A stretch of DNA of 64,000 bases from Candidatus Amesbacteria bacterium. GTDB taxonomy: Bacteria > Patescibacteriota > Microgenomatia > CAZETR01 > Amesbacteraceae. The translations under genes and the position numbers were made by a program. Shown one piece after another: positions 38,950 through 49,050 of this stretch; position 1 is the stretch's first letter; each line of letters starts with the position of its first letter. The notes beneath the pieces were generated by a model. It was not told where the DNA came from and ran no database searches. It worked only from the letters and a program-made list of their open reading frames with translations. The stretch spans positions 172,825-236,824 of the forward strand of contig DAHXMV010000001.1 of the NCBI GenBank assembly GCA_027371535.1, written 5' to 3'.

Positions 38950-39170
38950 TTAGACCGGTTTTTCTAAACACGCTTGGAGTTGATGGTAATACCGGAGTTT
39001 GAATTTTGTGGGAGGCATTTTCAGGGTAGTGTGAATCCTTTTGTGGTTGTAATAGTTAATAGCCTGATAGATAGCTTCCACCAGTTCTCCGAGGGTGCCG
39101 AAACGATCAAATTCCAACCCTAAATCAGTCATAAAGATAACCCACAACCTTACGGTCGGGGATTCAAGTT
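38950..39170 (-). mobile_element. remnant of a DDE transposase (C-terminal end of rve/integrase core); decayed IS
   Basis: TDLGLEFDRFG...YNHKRIHTTLKMPPTKF is the characteristic C-terminus of IS3/IS481-type transposases. The upstream frame is closed by a stop at 39169-39171. The following ~250 bp is non-coding. Confidence 0.5.
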
Positions 39171-39416
39171 AGGTTGGTTGAATTAAACCCGTTATTTCCC
39201 ATCAAGGCCAACAGGTTAAAATGGCCCATCAGAGGGTTATTAATGATGTATGACAATTCGTCCCAGACGAAACTATTGGCCAAAATATGAATATAAATTA
39301 CAAACCCGATGAGGATAAAAAAAGGACGGCTTTTTTAACAGTCAGCGGACGGAACCAGTCGTTTTGAGTGGAATCTTTGGCACCAGGCACAAGGCTATTA
39401 TAAGACGACCGGCGGG

Positions 39417-40055
39417 TTAATGAGTCAGCGTGTAGACGGTCATTTTGGCAGACATGCCATTTTTGATATCCGGATTTTGACCGGCGTCATACCGGGCATA
39501 AACTGTGAATTGCTGGGTGGGACGTTCCGATGACGTGGAAAATGAAAATACCGGGGCTACGGCACTGGGGGAAACTTCATCAATATATCCCCAAAAAGTC
39601 CGTCCCGGTAAAGCATCGACGGTAAAAGAAACCACCTGGCCGACTTTGATGTCCGTCAGGCCCTTATTTTCATCGATGGTACCGACCACCCTCAGGTTAA
39701 CCGGCCGAATCATCTGTATCAGCTGTGTTTGAGGCCCAACAACAGAACCGGTTAAATCGGGGGCTAAGATAATAAGGCCGTCGGCAGCCGCCCGAAGGGT
39801 TTCCGAACCTACCACGGCCAAAGCGTCACCAGGGCCTACCAGCTGGCCTTCGCGAACATCCATTTCCAAAACTTTAGCGGTGGATGAAGGCGAAACCGTG
39901 ATTACCGGGGCCTGGATGGTGGAATTGTCGATAAAAACCCGGCCGCGGCCGAGCTGATAAAACAAGAAAATTCCCATAATAATCAGCAGACAAAGAATTC
40001 CGGCAAAAATTTTAACCTGCGGACGATTTAAAAAAGCCGATGCGGGTTTTTTCAT
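39417..40055 (-). CDS. HlyD-family membrane fusion (periplasmic adaptor) protein
   Basis: N-terminal TM followed by biotin-lipoyl-like and beta-barrel hairpins. Confidence 0.55.
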   Translation of the reverse strand: MKKPASAFLNRPQVKIFAGILCLLIIMGIFLFYQLGRGRVFIDNSTIQAPVITVSPSSTAKVLEMDVREGQLVGPGDALAVVGSETLRAAADGLIILAPDLTGSVVGPQTQLIQMIRPVNLRVVGTIDENKGLTDIKVGQVVSFTVDALPGRTFWGYIDEVSPSAVAPVFSFSTSSERPTQQFTVYARYDAGQNPDIKNGMSAKMTVYTLTH

Positions 40056-41200
40056 AGCAGAGGATACTTTGGAGCGGTTAAAGATTTCGGATCGGTAATA
40101 ATCCTGTCCCGGGGAGACAACCCGGCGGTAACTTCGATTTTATCCCCATGAACAGCTCCCACAGTCACTTCTCTCAGCTGAGACTGACCGTTATTATCTA
40201 CCCAAATATACCGGCCGCCCAGGACTGTCCAGGCAGGCACCAGAGCTACATTTTCGGAATGGGTGGTAATAATGGCAGTGCCGGTCATGTCCAATTTGGC
40301 GTTTTTTTGCAATTGGCTATTTTCGATATCGACCTGATAAACGGACTGGCCGCCGGGGGTGACAACTTTCGTAGGATAAATCCTGGTAACCACACCCGTA
40401 AGTTTGTCCGGCAACCCGTCGATAGCCAAAGTCACCTGACTGCCGACAGACACATAATAGATATTTTCCAGGGGGATGTTTGCCCTAAACACCATGGAAG
40501 CCGGATCGGCAAGAGTAAAAGTGGTTGCCGGTGAAATATTTAAACCGGGGACAGTCACATCCTCACGGGTAATCACGCCCTTAAACGGCGCGGTCAACCG
40601 GGATAATTCCAGGGCATAGTTGGCAATCTCGACATTAATAACCGAATTATCCAAACCCGCCTGGCTCTGATCCAAAAGTCTTTTAATGGCATCGTCCACC
40701 GCGGTGGTAAAGTCCATCTGGGCGTTGGTATAAGCAGGAGAAACCTGGGATTTTAAGAGCTGGTCCTGATAATTTTGCTGTGTCTGGTCAAAATTTTCAC
40801 GGGTGGTTTTATAGGCATTTAAAGCCAGGGTGAGCTGGCGCTGTAAAATATAGGAATCCAGCTGGGCGATTGTCCTGCCGGCCGGAACCATATCGCCGAC
40901 TTTATAAGGGACATAAACCAGTTTTCCTCCGGTCTGAAAATTCAGGTTGGCCGTAGTCTGGGCAGTGACAACACCGTCTGTGACTATGGTAGAACTGACG
41001 AACTGAACCGAGGTGGTAGCGGTTTTGACGGGAGAACCGAAAGCCGTGAGGTGCGGAAAAACCAGCACGGTGAAACCGGCTGCCAAAAACAGCAGGAAAA
41101 TCAGCAAATATGACAAAGATTTAGGCCAGATTTTCATTAAGTTTTTGGAATCTTCGGGTAATGGTTTTAACAAGGTCATAAAGCTTTTCCTGTTCATCAC
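40052..41200 (-). CDS. HlyD-family membrane fusion (efflux adaptor) protein
   Basis: TM, coiled-coil region (ALNAYKTTRENFDQTQQNYQDQL) and barrel domain. The start is probably internal (around 41137-41179), which limits overlap with marR. Confidence 0.6.
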   Translation of the reverse strand: MMNRKSFMTLLKPLPEDSKNLMKIWPKSLSYLLIFLLFLAAGFTVLVFPHLTAFGSPVKTATTSVQFVSSTIVTDGVVTAQTTANLNFQTGGKLVYVPYKVGDMVPAGRTIAQLDSYILQRQLTLALNAYKTTRENFDQTQQNYQDQLLKSQVSPAYTNAQMDFTTAVDDAIKRLLDQSQAGLDNSVINVEIANYALELSRLTAPFKGVITREDVTVPGLNISPATTFTLADPASMVFRANIPLENIYYVSVGSQVTLAIDGLPDKLTGVVTRIYPTKVVTPGGQSVYQVDIENSQLQKNAKLDMTGTAIITTHSENVALVPAWTVLGGRYIWVDNNGQSQLREVTVGAVHGDKIEVTAGLSPRDRIITDPKSLTAPKYPLL

Positions 41201-41567
41201 CTGTTAAATATGATAGAACTTTTTTCAGCTTTTTTCTGCGGGCACACAAGGCTTCATCCAAAAGTTTTTCCCCCTGGGCCGTGAGGCTGATTCTCGTCAG
41301 ACGGCGGTCCGTTTTATCCACATGGCGGGTGACAAGCCGGTGGGCGTACAATTTATTTAAGAGGCTTGTTGCCGACGGAAGCTCGATCCCGAAGTACCTG
41401 GCAATTTCATTCATGGGCACATTTTTATGCTTACTCAAAAAAAACAGTGTCTGAATTTGTAAAATGCTCAGATGGGTGAGTTTACCGGTATAGGACATAT
41501 GAGCTTTCAAAAGCCTGGCAGTATTAAAGATGGTTTCCACTAATTCCGAGGTTTTATCCCGGGCCAT
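41121..41567 (-). CDS. MarR-family transcriptional regulator
   Basis: Winged-HTH region LTHLSILQIQTLFFLSKHKNVPMNEIARYFGIELPSATSLLNKLYAHRLV. Confidence 0.75.
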   Translation of the reverse strand: MARDKTSELVETIFNTARLLKAHMSYTGKLTHLSILQIQTLFFLSKHKNVPMNEIARYFGIELPSATSLLNKLYAHRLVTRHVDKTDRRLTRISLTAQGEKLLDEALCARRKKLKKVLSYLTGDEQEKLYDLVKTITRRFQKLNENLA

Positions 41568-41579
41568 AATTCAACTTAG

Positions 41580-41592
41580 TTAGATTATCTAA
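41580..41592. promoter_or_regulatory. perfect 13-bp palindrome TTAGAT-T-ATCTAA (likely MarR operator) with adjacent TATAAT -10 element (41604-41609) in the marR/ABC divergent intergenic region
   Basis: Read directly from the sequence. Confidence 0.45.
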
Positions 41593-41633
41593 TTATTATA
41601 TAGTATAATCTTTTTAATCCCGGGTGTCAATTT

Positions 41634-43373
41634 ATGATAAAACTACTACGATTTCTTGAGCCCTACAGATGGTGGCTGATACTGATTTCCATTCTGGCTA
41701 TCGGACAGTCAGTAGCCAATCTCTATCTGCCAAACCTGATGTCTGACATTGTGAATAAAGGAATTGCGGCTTTTGACACCGGGTTCATCTGGAGAACGGG
41801 GGGGATAATGCTGATTGTGGCCATCGGGGGAACGGTCTGTGCCACTGTCGGGGTATATTATGCTTCAAAAGTGGCTGTGGGGATGAGTACGGCTCTGAGG
41901 CGGGAGATTTTTAACCGGGTCCAGCAATTCTCACTGCATGAATTTGACACTCTGAGTACGGCATCACTTATCACCCGGACCACAAATGATACCAACCAAA
42001 TCCAGCAGGTAATGGTGATGATACTGGGCATGCTGATCACGGCGCCGATAACCCTGGTGGCCGGGGTTATTCTGGCTCTCGACCAGGACGTAACTTTATC
42101 CTGGATACTGGTGGCAATTATGCCGGTGCTGGTGTCGGTAATTTTGTTTTTACTGTTCAAGGCAGTACCGCTGTTTACAGCCATGCAGGTGAAAATTGAT
42201 AAGTTAAATCTGATTCTGGATGAAAATCTGACGGGAGTAAGAGTGGTGAGGGCATTTGACAGAATCGGCCATGAAGAACAGCGGTTTGATGAGGCTAACC
42301 ATGAAGTGACTGATATTGCCATCAGAGTCAACCAACTGATTTCCATCATGATGCCGGTAATGATGCTTCTGATAAATGTTTCCAGTGTAGCCATCATCTG
42401 GTTTGGCAGCCAGAGGGTAACCGGCGGACATTTACAAATCGGGGCGATGTTTGCCTTTTTGCAATATGCCTTCCAGATATTGTTTTCACTTTTGATGGTA
42501 GCCCTGCTTTTTATCATGATTCCCAGAGCAGAAGCTTCGGCGAAAAGAATTAATGAAGTATTTGAGATGACCCCGGAGATTAACGATCCGACCAAACCGG
42601 TCAAAAATCCACTCCTGCACGGATCGGTAGAATTTGACCGGGTGACTTTTTCCTACCATGGGGCGGAAAAACCGGCATTAGTAGATATTTCCTTCAAAGC
42701 CTTACCCGGACAGGTGACTGCGATTATCGGCGGGACCGGAGCGGGCAAGTCCACACTGGTCAATCTGATACCCCGGTTTTATGATATCGATTCGGGGAAA
42801 ATATTAATCGACGGAGCCCCAATCCAATCCTTAACCCAGCAGAACCTGCGTTCCAAAATCGGCTTTGTACCGCAAAAGGCAATTCTGTTTGCGGGGACAA
42901 TTAATGAAAATCTGCGTTTCGGAAAAGAAAATGCGACCGAGGCCGAAATCAAACATGCAGCCCAAATTGCCCAAGCCACAGAATTTATTTCCAAAATGCC
43001 GGAGGGTTTTGAAACCCAGATTGCCCAGGGAGGAACAAATGTTTCGGGCGGCCAGAAGCAGCGGTTATCCATTGCCAGGGCATTGGTGAGAAAACCGGAA
43101 ATTTACATTTTTGATGATACGTTTTCGGCATTGGATTTTAAAACCGATGCCAATCTCAGGGAGGCTTTAAAAAAAGAGACCCGGGAGGCGACGGTAATCA
43201 TCGTGGCCCAAAGAGTCAGTACGGTAATGGACACGGACCAGATAATTGTTTTGGAAGACGGCAAACTGGCCGGAGTAGGAAAACACAGGGAGTTGTTACA
43301 AATATCGGAAGTTTACCGGGGAATTGTGATGTCGCAGTTATCCCCTGATGAAATAGCCAGACAAAATACATGA
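41634..43373 (+). CDS. ABC exporter, fused permease/ATPase subunit (heterodimer partner 1)
   Basis: Six TM helices plus a nucleotide-binding domain: GGTGAGKST, LSGGQKQRLSIARAL, IFDDTFSALD. Confidence 0.8.
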   Translation: MIKLLRFLEPYRWWLILISILAIGQSVANLYLPNLMSDIVNKGIAAFDTGFIWRTGGIMLIVAIGGTVCATVGVYYASKVAVGMSTALRREIFNRVQQFSLHEFDTLSTASLITRTTNDTNQIQQVMVMILGMLITAPITLVAGVILALDQDVTLSWILVAIMPVLVSVILFLLFKAVPLFTAMQVKIDKLNLILDENLTGVRVVRAFDRIGHEEQRFDEANHEVTDIAIRVNQLISIMMPVMMLLINVSSVAIIWFGSQRVTGGHLQIGAMFAFLQYAFQILFSLLMVALLFIMIPRAEASAKRINEVFEMTPEINDPTKPVKNPLLHGSVEFDRVTFSYHGAEKPALVDISFKALPGQVTAIIGGTGAGKSTLVNLIPRFYDIDSGKILIDGAPIQSLTQQNLRSKIGFVPQKAILFAGTINENLRFGKENATEAEIKHAAQIAQATEFISKMPEGFETQIAQGGTNVSGGQKQRLSIARALVRKPEIYIFDDTFSALDFKTDANLREALKKETREATVIIVAQRVSTVMDTDQIIVLEDGKLAGVGKHRELLQISEVYRGIVMSQLSPDEIARQNT

Positions 43374-45310
43374 AAGACCAAGGCAAAACCAATCCGATGC
43401 GGACTGCCCCGGGGCCAATGGGCCGGGGTTTCGGGGCTATGGGCAGACCGGTAGAAAAAGCCAAAGATTTCAGGGGGACATTAAAAAGACTTCTGGCGTA
43501 TTTTGCCCCCGAAAAAAACAGGCTGCTGGTTATTGTCACAGCTGCTGTTTTCGGAACTATTTTTAATATCGTCGGACCCAAAGTCCTGGGTCTGGCAACG
43601 ACCAAACTGTTTGATAACCTGATTGCCAGTTTTATCATCCAAGCCAGAAACGTCGCCATTAAGAAAGAATTGCTCGTGAATCCCTACCTGTCCATTCATG
43701 CGTCACCCATACCGGGAATTGAATTCGGTTATATAGGCAAAATCATGCTGATATTACTCGGGTTATACATCATCAGCGCCGTGTTTATTTTCATCCAACA
43801 ATATCTGATGGCCGGGGTAGCCCAAAGAACCATCTATAAACTCAGAAAAGAGGTGGATGAAAAACTGTCCAGGTTACCCCTCTCATATTTTGACGGCCGG
43901 ACTCACGGGGAGATTTTGAGCAGGGCGGTGAACGATATGGACAATATCAGCTCTACATTACAACAAAGTATCGCCCAACTGATCACGTCTATACTGACAG
44001 TCCTGGGGGTTTTGGTAATGATGCTGTCCATCAGCTGGCTGTTAACAATCATTGTCCTGTTAACCCTGCCCTTGTCAATGGTAATTGTGGTGGGAATAGC
44101 CAAACGCTCACAGGATTATTTCCGCAAACAACAGGGCAGCCTGGGGGAGCTAAACGGCCATGTGGAAGAGATGTATACCGGCCACAAGATTGTCAAAGCC
44201 TTCGGCCATGAAGAAAAAGCAATTTCGGAATTTGGGGTGTTAAATGATAAATTATATGACGCGGGCTGGCGGGCCCAGTTCGTATCGGGAATCATCATGC
44301 CACTGATGAGATTTGTCGGCAATATAGGCTATATCCTGGTAGCCATTGCCGGCGGAGTGATGGCCACCCAGGGGACTATTTCAATCGGTGATGTACAGGC
44401 TTTTATCCAATATTCAGCCCAGTTTACCCAACCGATTGCCCAGCTGGCCAATATTGCCAATGTCATCCAGTCAGCCATTGCCTCGTCAGAAAGGGTATTT
44501 GAATTATTAGACGAGCAGGAACAGGTTCCGGAAGCAGGACATCCGCTAACCATTACCAACCCCCGGGGGGCAGTGGAATTCAAGCACGTCAGATTTGGTT
44601 ACAGTCCCGATAAAATTTTACTGGAAGACATGAATATTGACGTCAAGCCCGGCCAAATGATAGCCATTGTGGGACCGACAGGTGCGGGGAAGACGACTCT
44701 CATCAATCTATTGATGCGTTTTTACGAAGTGAACGGGGGGCAGATTCTGGTAGACCGTGTGGATATTACCAAAATGAGGCGCGGGGATTTGAGGCGGCAT
44801 TTCGGAATGGTGTTGCAGGATACCTGGCTCTTTCACGGAACTTTAAAGGATAATATTGCCTACGGACGGGAAAATGCCACCGAAGACGAAATTGTAAAGG
44901 CTTCCACGGCCGCGTACGCCGATCATTTCATCAGGACCCTACCCGAAGGTTATAACCTGGTATTAAATGAAGAGGCCACGAATATTTCGCAGGGGCAAAA
45001 ACAACTGCTTACCATTGCCAGGGCCTTTTTAGCGGACCCGGAAATCCTGATTCTGGACGAAGCAACCAGCAGCGTGGATACCAGGACCGAGCAGCTGATC
45101 CAGTCGGCCATGGAAAAGCTGATGCACGGACGGACCAGTTTTGTGATTGCCCACAGGTTATCCACGATCAAAAATGCGGACCTGATACTGGTCATGAATC
45201 ACGGAACCATTATTGAAAGCGGTTCACATGATACGCTGCTTTCCAAAAAGGGTTTTTATGCAGATTTGTATAACAGCCAGTTTCAGCATGCCGAAGAAGT
45301 AACAGCTTAA
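43370..45310 (+). CDS. ABC exporter, fused permease/ATPase subunit (heterodimer partner 2)
   Basis: Six TM helices. GPTGAGKTT, ISQGQKQLLTIARAF, ILILDEATSSVD. Overlaps the partner by 4 nt. Confidence 0.8.
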   Translation: MKDQGKTNPMRTAPGPMGRGFGAMGRPVEKAKDFRGTLKRLLAYFAPEKNRLLVIVTAAVFGTIFNIVGPKVLGLATTKLFDNLIASFIIQARNVAIKKELLVNPYLSIHASPIPGIEFGYIGKIMLILLGLYIISAVFIFIQQYLMAGVAQRTIYKLRKEVDEKLSRLPLSYFDGRTHGEILSRAVNDMDNISSTLQQSIAQLITSILTVLGVLVMMLSISWLLTIIVLLTLPLSMVIVVGIAKRSQDYFRKQQGSLGELNGHVEEMYTGHKIVKAFGHEEKAISEFGVLNDKLYDAGWRAQFVSGIIMPLMRFVGNIGYILVAIAGGVMATQGTISIGDVQAFIQYSAQFTQPIAQLANIANVIQSAIASSERVFELLDEQEQVPEAGHPLTITNPRGAVEFKHVRFGYSPDKILLEDMNIDVKPGQMIAIVGPTGAGKTTLINLLMRFYEVNGGQILVDRVDITKMRRGDLRRHFGMVLQDTWLFHGTLKDNIAYGRENATEDEIVKASTAAYADHFIRTLPEGYNLVLNEEATNISQGQKQLLTIARAFLADPEILILDEATSSVDTRTEQLIQSAMEKLMHGRTSFVIAHRLSTIKNADLILVMNHGTIIESGSHDTLLSKKGFYADLYNSQFQHAEEVTA

Positions 45311-46362
45311 ACTTTCTCCAGCAGCCTCCAGAAATTTAAAACCCAGGCCCCCGGTGAATAATCACCGGATAATGAAGAATAAAAAACAAGTTCGGGAGTT
45401 TGGGTGGTAACATAAGCAGGGACCACCGGATCCGGCCTGGCATTGGGCCAATTACAATCCGGACAGGTTATTAATTGTTTATTTCGAATTTCGTTTTCCC
45501 GGATTTTGTTTTCAGGTTTCCAGCCGCACCTGGGGCAAATAATTTCACGACAGGAAGCATGCTCATGGGAGTCTCCCCCGTTTTGCCCCGAACTGCCTAA
45601 AAAGGCGCCGTTGGACGGACCACAGCCGGAACCAGATAAATCAATGCTACCGCCGATATTCATCATTATTTTTTCCGCTTGCAGCCCGGTAATGTAGGGG
45701 TTAATTTTATTTTTATTTGCCAATTCCAAGATTTGGGAAACCGGAGCCATGGCTTCTATTTTTTTACGGCATCGTTCTTTTATTTCACCGGATTCAACCT
45801 GATTCCAGATTTCGGCCGGTAGCGCAATATATAACCTGCCCGTAGAGTAAAGGTTAGTATTTTCGGAAAAAGTTGCAGACAAAGGTGTCATTTCGATATC
45901 GGTTGGGTTTTCCAGAAACGGAATACCGGGATAGTCCGACAATAACCTGAAACGGTTTAAAAGACCGACAACATCCTTAATACTTTCACGGTGACGGATA
46001 CCGTAAGCTTCAAAGGTTATAACACCGGAATCATTGGTGACCAAAAAAATATTTACCCGATTTTCGGGATAGGCATATCCCGGACTAACCCACACCACAA
46101 TCCGTTTTTGATTTTCGGGAGTTTCTTTTACCAACCTCTCGGTATCCAAAGCTGCCCAAGTAGAAGCAAAATATTTTTCCGTGGGGCTTAGTTCTGGAGG
46201 AAAATGATCATAGTACCATACATTATCAGGATCAATTGGTTTTTCTGTTATCAGGGCTTCGGTATGTAAAGAGGCGGCGTCTTCGGCGGCTTTCGAAAAA
46301 TCACCGGTATAAAAAAGGGTATAGAATGCGGGGCGGGTTTCGACTGACATAATTTCCTGCAC
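45307..46362 (-). CDS. hypothetical protein with C-terminal Cys4 zinc-ribbon (CPRCG...CPDCN)
   Basis: 351-aa ORF. No family recognised. Two CxxC pairs lie near the C-terminus. Confidence 0.4.
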   Translation of the reverse strand: MQEIMSVETRPAFYTLFYTGDFSKAAEDAASLHTEALITEKPIDPDNVWYYDHFPPELSPTEKYFASTWAALDTERLVKETPENQKRIVVWVSPGYAYPENRVNIFLVTNDSGVITFEAYGIRHRESIKDVVGLLNRFRLLSDYPGIPFLENPTDIEMTPLSATFSENTNLYSTGRLYIALPAEIWNQVESGEIKERCRKKIEAMAPVSQILELANKNKINPYITGLQAEKIMMNIGGSIDLSGSGCGPSNGAFLGSSGQNGGDSHEHASCREIICPRCGWKPENKIRENEIRNKQLITCPDCNWPNARPDPVVPAYVTTQTPELVFYSSLSGDYSPGAWVLNFWRLLEKV

Positions 46363-46545
46363 GGGAAAAATAGGGGTTGTTAGTTTTCTGGCTTTAACAG
46401 TTGCGGCACAGCCGGGGAATTTCGCCCCGATTCCTTAAACACAACCTGTAGAGTTACTATAAATAAATCTAAGTTATTGTCAATAATTGTTAATTGGGAA
46501 ATAGAAATGACTAGGCCACTATACATGCAGAACGGTTGAGAAGTA

Positions 46546-47562
46546 ATGTCAGGTAGGTACAATGGCTGCTACATGCGCGGTTTCAAAATACTTCCGGTGA
46601 TGTCGTTATCCCGTATATCCACTTTGTCCAGGGATGGCTTGAAGCGGTTGGAGTGGATTGATTGGTACTATACCCACGAGAAGAATGCTGAAGGCACTTG
46701 CAGACATTTCAGTCTGTCCAAATCAGTGTTTTACCGGTGGTTAAACCGGTTTGACAAGTACAACCTGGCTACGCTGGAGTTTGATACCCAAACCAGGAGG
46801 CCAGAACATCTGAGAAAGATGACTACTCCAAGAGAGGTTATCAGTTTGGTATGCCAGATTCGGAAAGACGATCCAGAAAAATCAAAGTATGAAATACAGG
46901 CTGAACTCAGAGAAATACATGGAGTAACTTTGGGTTACAACACCATCCAAAAGATTATCAACCGAGACCCCAGACTAGCCATTTTGAAGAAGAAAATCAA
47001 ACGTCACAAAAATCACAAGATTGACCGGATGCCAGCTGCATATGATCTCAAAGACCGGGATGTGGGGTCTTTGGTTCAGGTAGACACCAAGCACTATTAT
47101 GTCCTGGGAGAGAGGTATTACATATTTGCGGCAGTAGACTGTAAATCCAGATATGCCTATACCTACGCCTACACCAGAATCTCTTCCAGTTCTGCCCAGG
47201 ATTTTTTAACCAGAGTAAAAGCTTATTTTCCTTTTCCCATGTCAGCCATTAATACAGACAACGGATCAGAATATCTTTTGTATTTTCACAAATTAACTAA
47301 AGATTTAGGCATACCCCATTACTTTTCCCGGCCCCGAACCCCCACCATGAACTCCAGGGTGGAAAGACTAATTCAAACGCTGGAGTATGAATTTTTAAAC
47401 TATCAAACCATTAGTCCGGAGATTTCCCAGGTGAGAGAAATGTGTGAAAAATTTAATACAAAATACAATCAACAGAGGTATCACCGGGCTTTAAATTATC
47501 AAACACCACAGATGTATGTTAAAACCTATTTACAGAAAGGAGGTCAACCGTTCTCTATCTAG
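46546..47562 (+). mobile_element. IS481-family-like insertion sequence: single DDE transposase ORF (HTH + rve integrase core); element ends not determined
   Basis: HTH region SKSVFYRWLNRF. DDE triad context LVQVDTKHYY / FAAVDCKSRYAY / INTDNGSEY. C-terminal YNQQRYHRALNYQTP. Flanked by ~180 bp and ~375 bp of non-coding DNA. Terminal inverted repeats could not be confirmed by eye. Confidence 0.6.
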
Positions 47563-47939
47563 GTGGCCAGCACAAGAAATTGAAAGCACTCCGGATCAGG
47601 GGATAAACTATATCAGGCATATAGCCTCATATATATCGGATGACCTAAAAGTACACGGTTTGCCGAGGTACCTAAAACGCCCGGACCGGAAAAAGACTTT
47701 CCGATAAATTTTTTTGCAGGGATACATTCTTTCCGCCCAATATCAGACAACCCGGCGGTACGCGACTTAGTAGGATAAATTTGCATATAACTGCTTTTTT
47801 ACCTTCTAAATTAACCAGAGAGGAAACGGAAAATCCGAAGGTTTGGAGGTACATACCCTGAACGCTATCAGTGCTCTTAAAATATTTTTCTGGGCCGACC
47901 CGGCTGAAATTTTGAAGAAATATTTAAGCGCGCAATGAA

Positions 47940-48599
47940 TTACCAGGGACGGATCCGGCCGGCAAACCAGAAATTGCCGGTTGGATGAGAACGGGTCACC
48001 AATTCATACAATTCTTTGGCGGGAAATTCGGGTTCTCTGGGAGCCTGCGGACCTCCCATGTCCGTTTTTACCCAACCCGGGTCAAAAGCCGATACTGTGA
48101 TGTTTTTAAGACGATCTGCCAGGGTTTTGAGATACATATTGAGGGCGGTCTTGCTGATCCTGTAAGCCGGACAAACTCCGTTATCAAATCGGGTCAGGGA
48201 AGACATCATTGAGGAAACGGCAACTATCTGGCCATCGGACTTAATCAGAGGCAATATTCCCTCCGTAAAAGCGATCGTTCCGATTAGATTTATTTCCAAA
48301 ACCCGGCGGAGTACAGAGATATCGATCCGGTTTTCATCCGGTTCAAAACTGGCACCGGCGCAATTTATTAAAACGTCAATTTAGGGATATTTTTTAGTAA
48401 TATTTTGTACAGCTGAAGAAATACTTTCGGGATCGCTTAAATCCGTTACAAAATGGACATAGTTTGGGTGTTTGAGGTTTCTGTTTTCAGATGTCGAGGC
48501 ACCCAAAACCAACCAACCTTCAGCCAGAAATTTTTTGGCGGCAGCTAAACCGATTCCCCGGCTGGAACCGGTAATAAGAACTTTATTTTCTGTGTTCAT
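47940..48599 (-). pseudogene. short-chain dehydrogenase/reductase (SDR) interrupted by an in-frame TAA at 48381-48383
   Basis: The N-terminal part has TGSSRGIGLAAAK (Rossmann). The same frame continues past the TAA as IDVLINCAGASFEPDE... and then into the catalytic part ...SSLTRFDNGVCPAYRISKTALNMY (YxxxK). The ORF track shows this as two pieces. Confidence 0.6.
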
Positions 48600-49002
48600 T
48601 TGGCGTACTGCAATTGGAATAAGTTTCCTGATTGTTTTCCATTATAAAAGCCGTGTCACCTTTGCTCCAGAAGATAAAGGATTCGTCGCCATTGGCATAA
48701 CGAATACCGCTGCCTGAAAGCGTCTGGGGCAGTGATAACTGCCTGCCATCACTAAGAACCAAATTCACTTTTCCGGAAGGAACAGGCGGTTGACCGACCT
48801 GGGGAGTGATTTCCGGACCCTGATAGAAGACAGCCGTAACTTCTTTTTTACCATCACACTGATAAGTGACTTGGGAAATTAGTTTATAATCGCTAACCGG
48901 AACGGAATTTATTTTAACTGTATGTATTTTAAGGGAAAAAAACAGATAGCCGGCGGATATGAATACTAAAACCAGAATATACAAAAAAAATACTTTATTC
49001 AT
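48583..49002 (-). CDS. MliC-family (membrane-bound lysozyme inhibitor of C-type lysozyme)-like secreted protein
   Basis: Has a signal peptide. YQCDGKKEVTAVFY ... SGSGIRYANGDESFIFWSKGDTAFI matches the MliC conserved core. Confidence 0.5.
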   Translation of the reverse strand: MNKVFFLYILVLVFISAGYLFFSLKIHTVKINSVPVSDYKLISQVTYQCDGKKEVTAVFYQGPEITPQVGQPPVPSGKVNLVLSDGRQLSLPQTLSGSGIRYANGDESFIFWSKGDTAFIMENNQETYSNCSTPNEHRK

Positions 49003-49050
49003 TTACTTTTAAGACAAATTATACTTATAGATTGGTATAATACGCAAACC

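Noticed and set aside
46441-47795. Terminal inverted repeats of the IS481-like element (weak match of AAATAAATC..TAAGT motifs near 46460 and 47770)
   Set aside because: The similarity is too weak to call by eye. Boundaries are left undetermined.
30727-48599. Stop-codon reassignment (TAA as sense) explaining the two in-frame TAAs
   Set aside because: TAA clearly terminates intact genes (e.g. the ABC exporter at 45310, secA at 52404). RF2 is encoded, and TGA and TAG also terminate genes (bcp, acyP, glgA). Standard code 11 fits.
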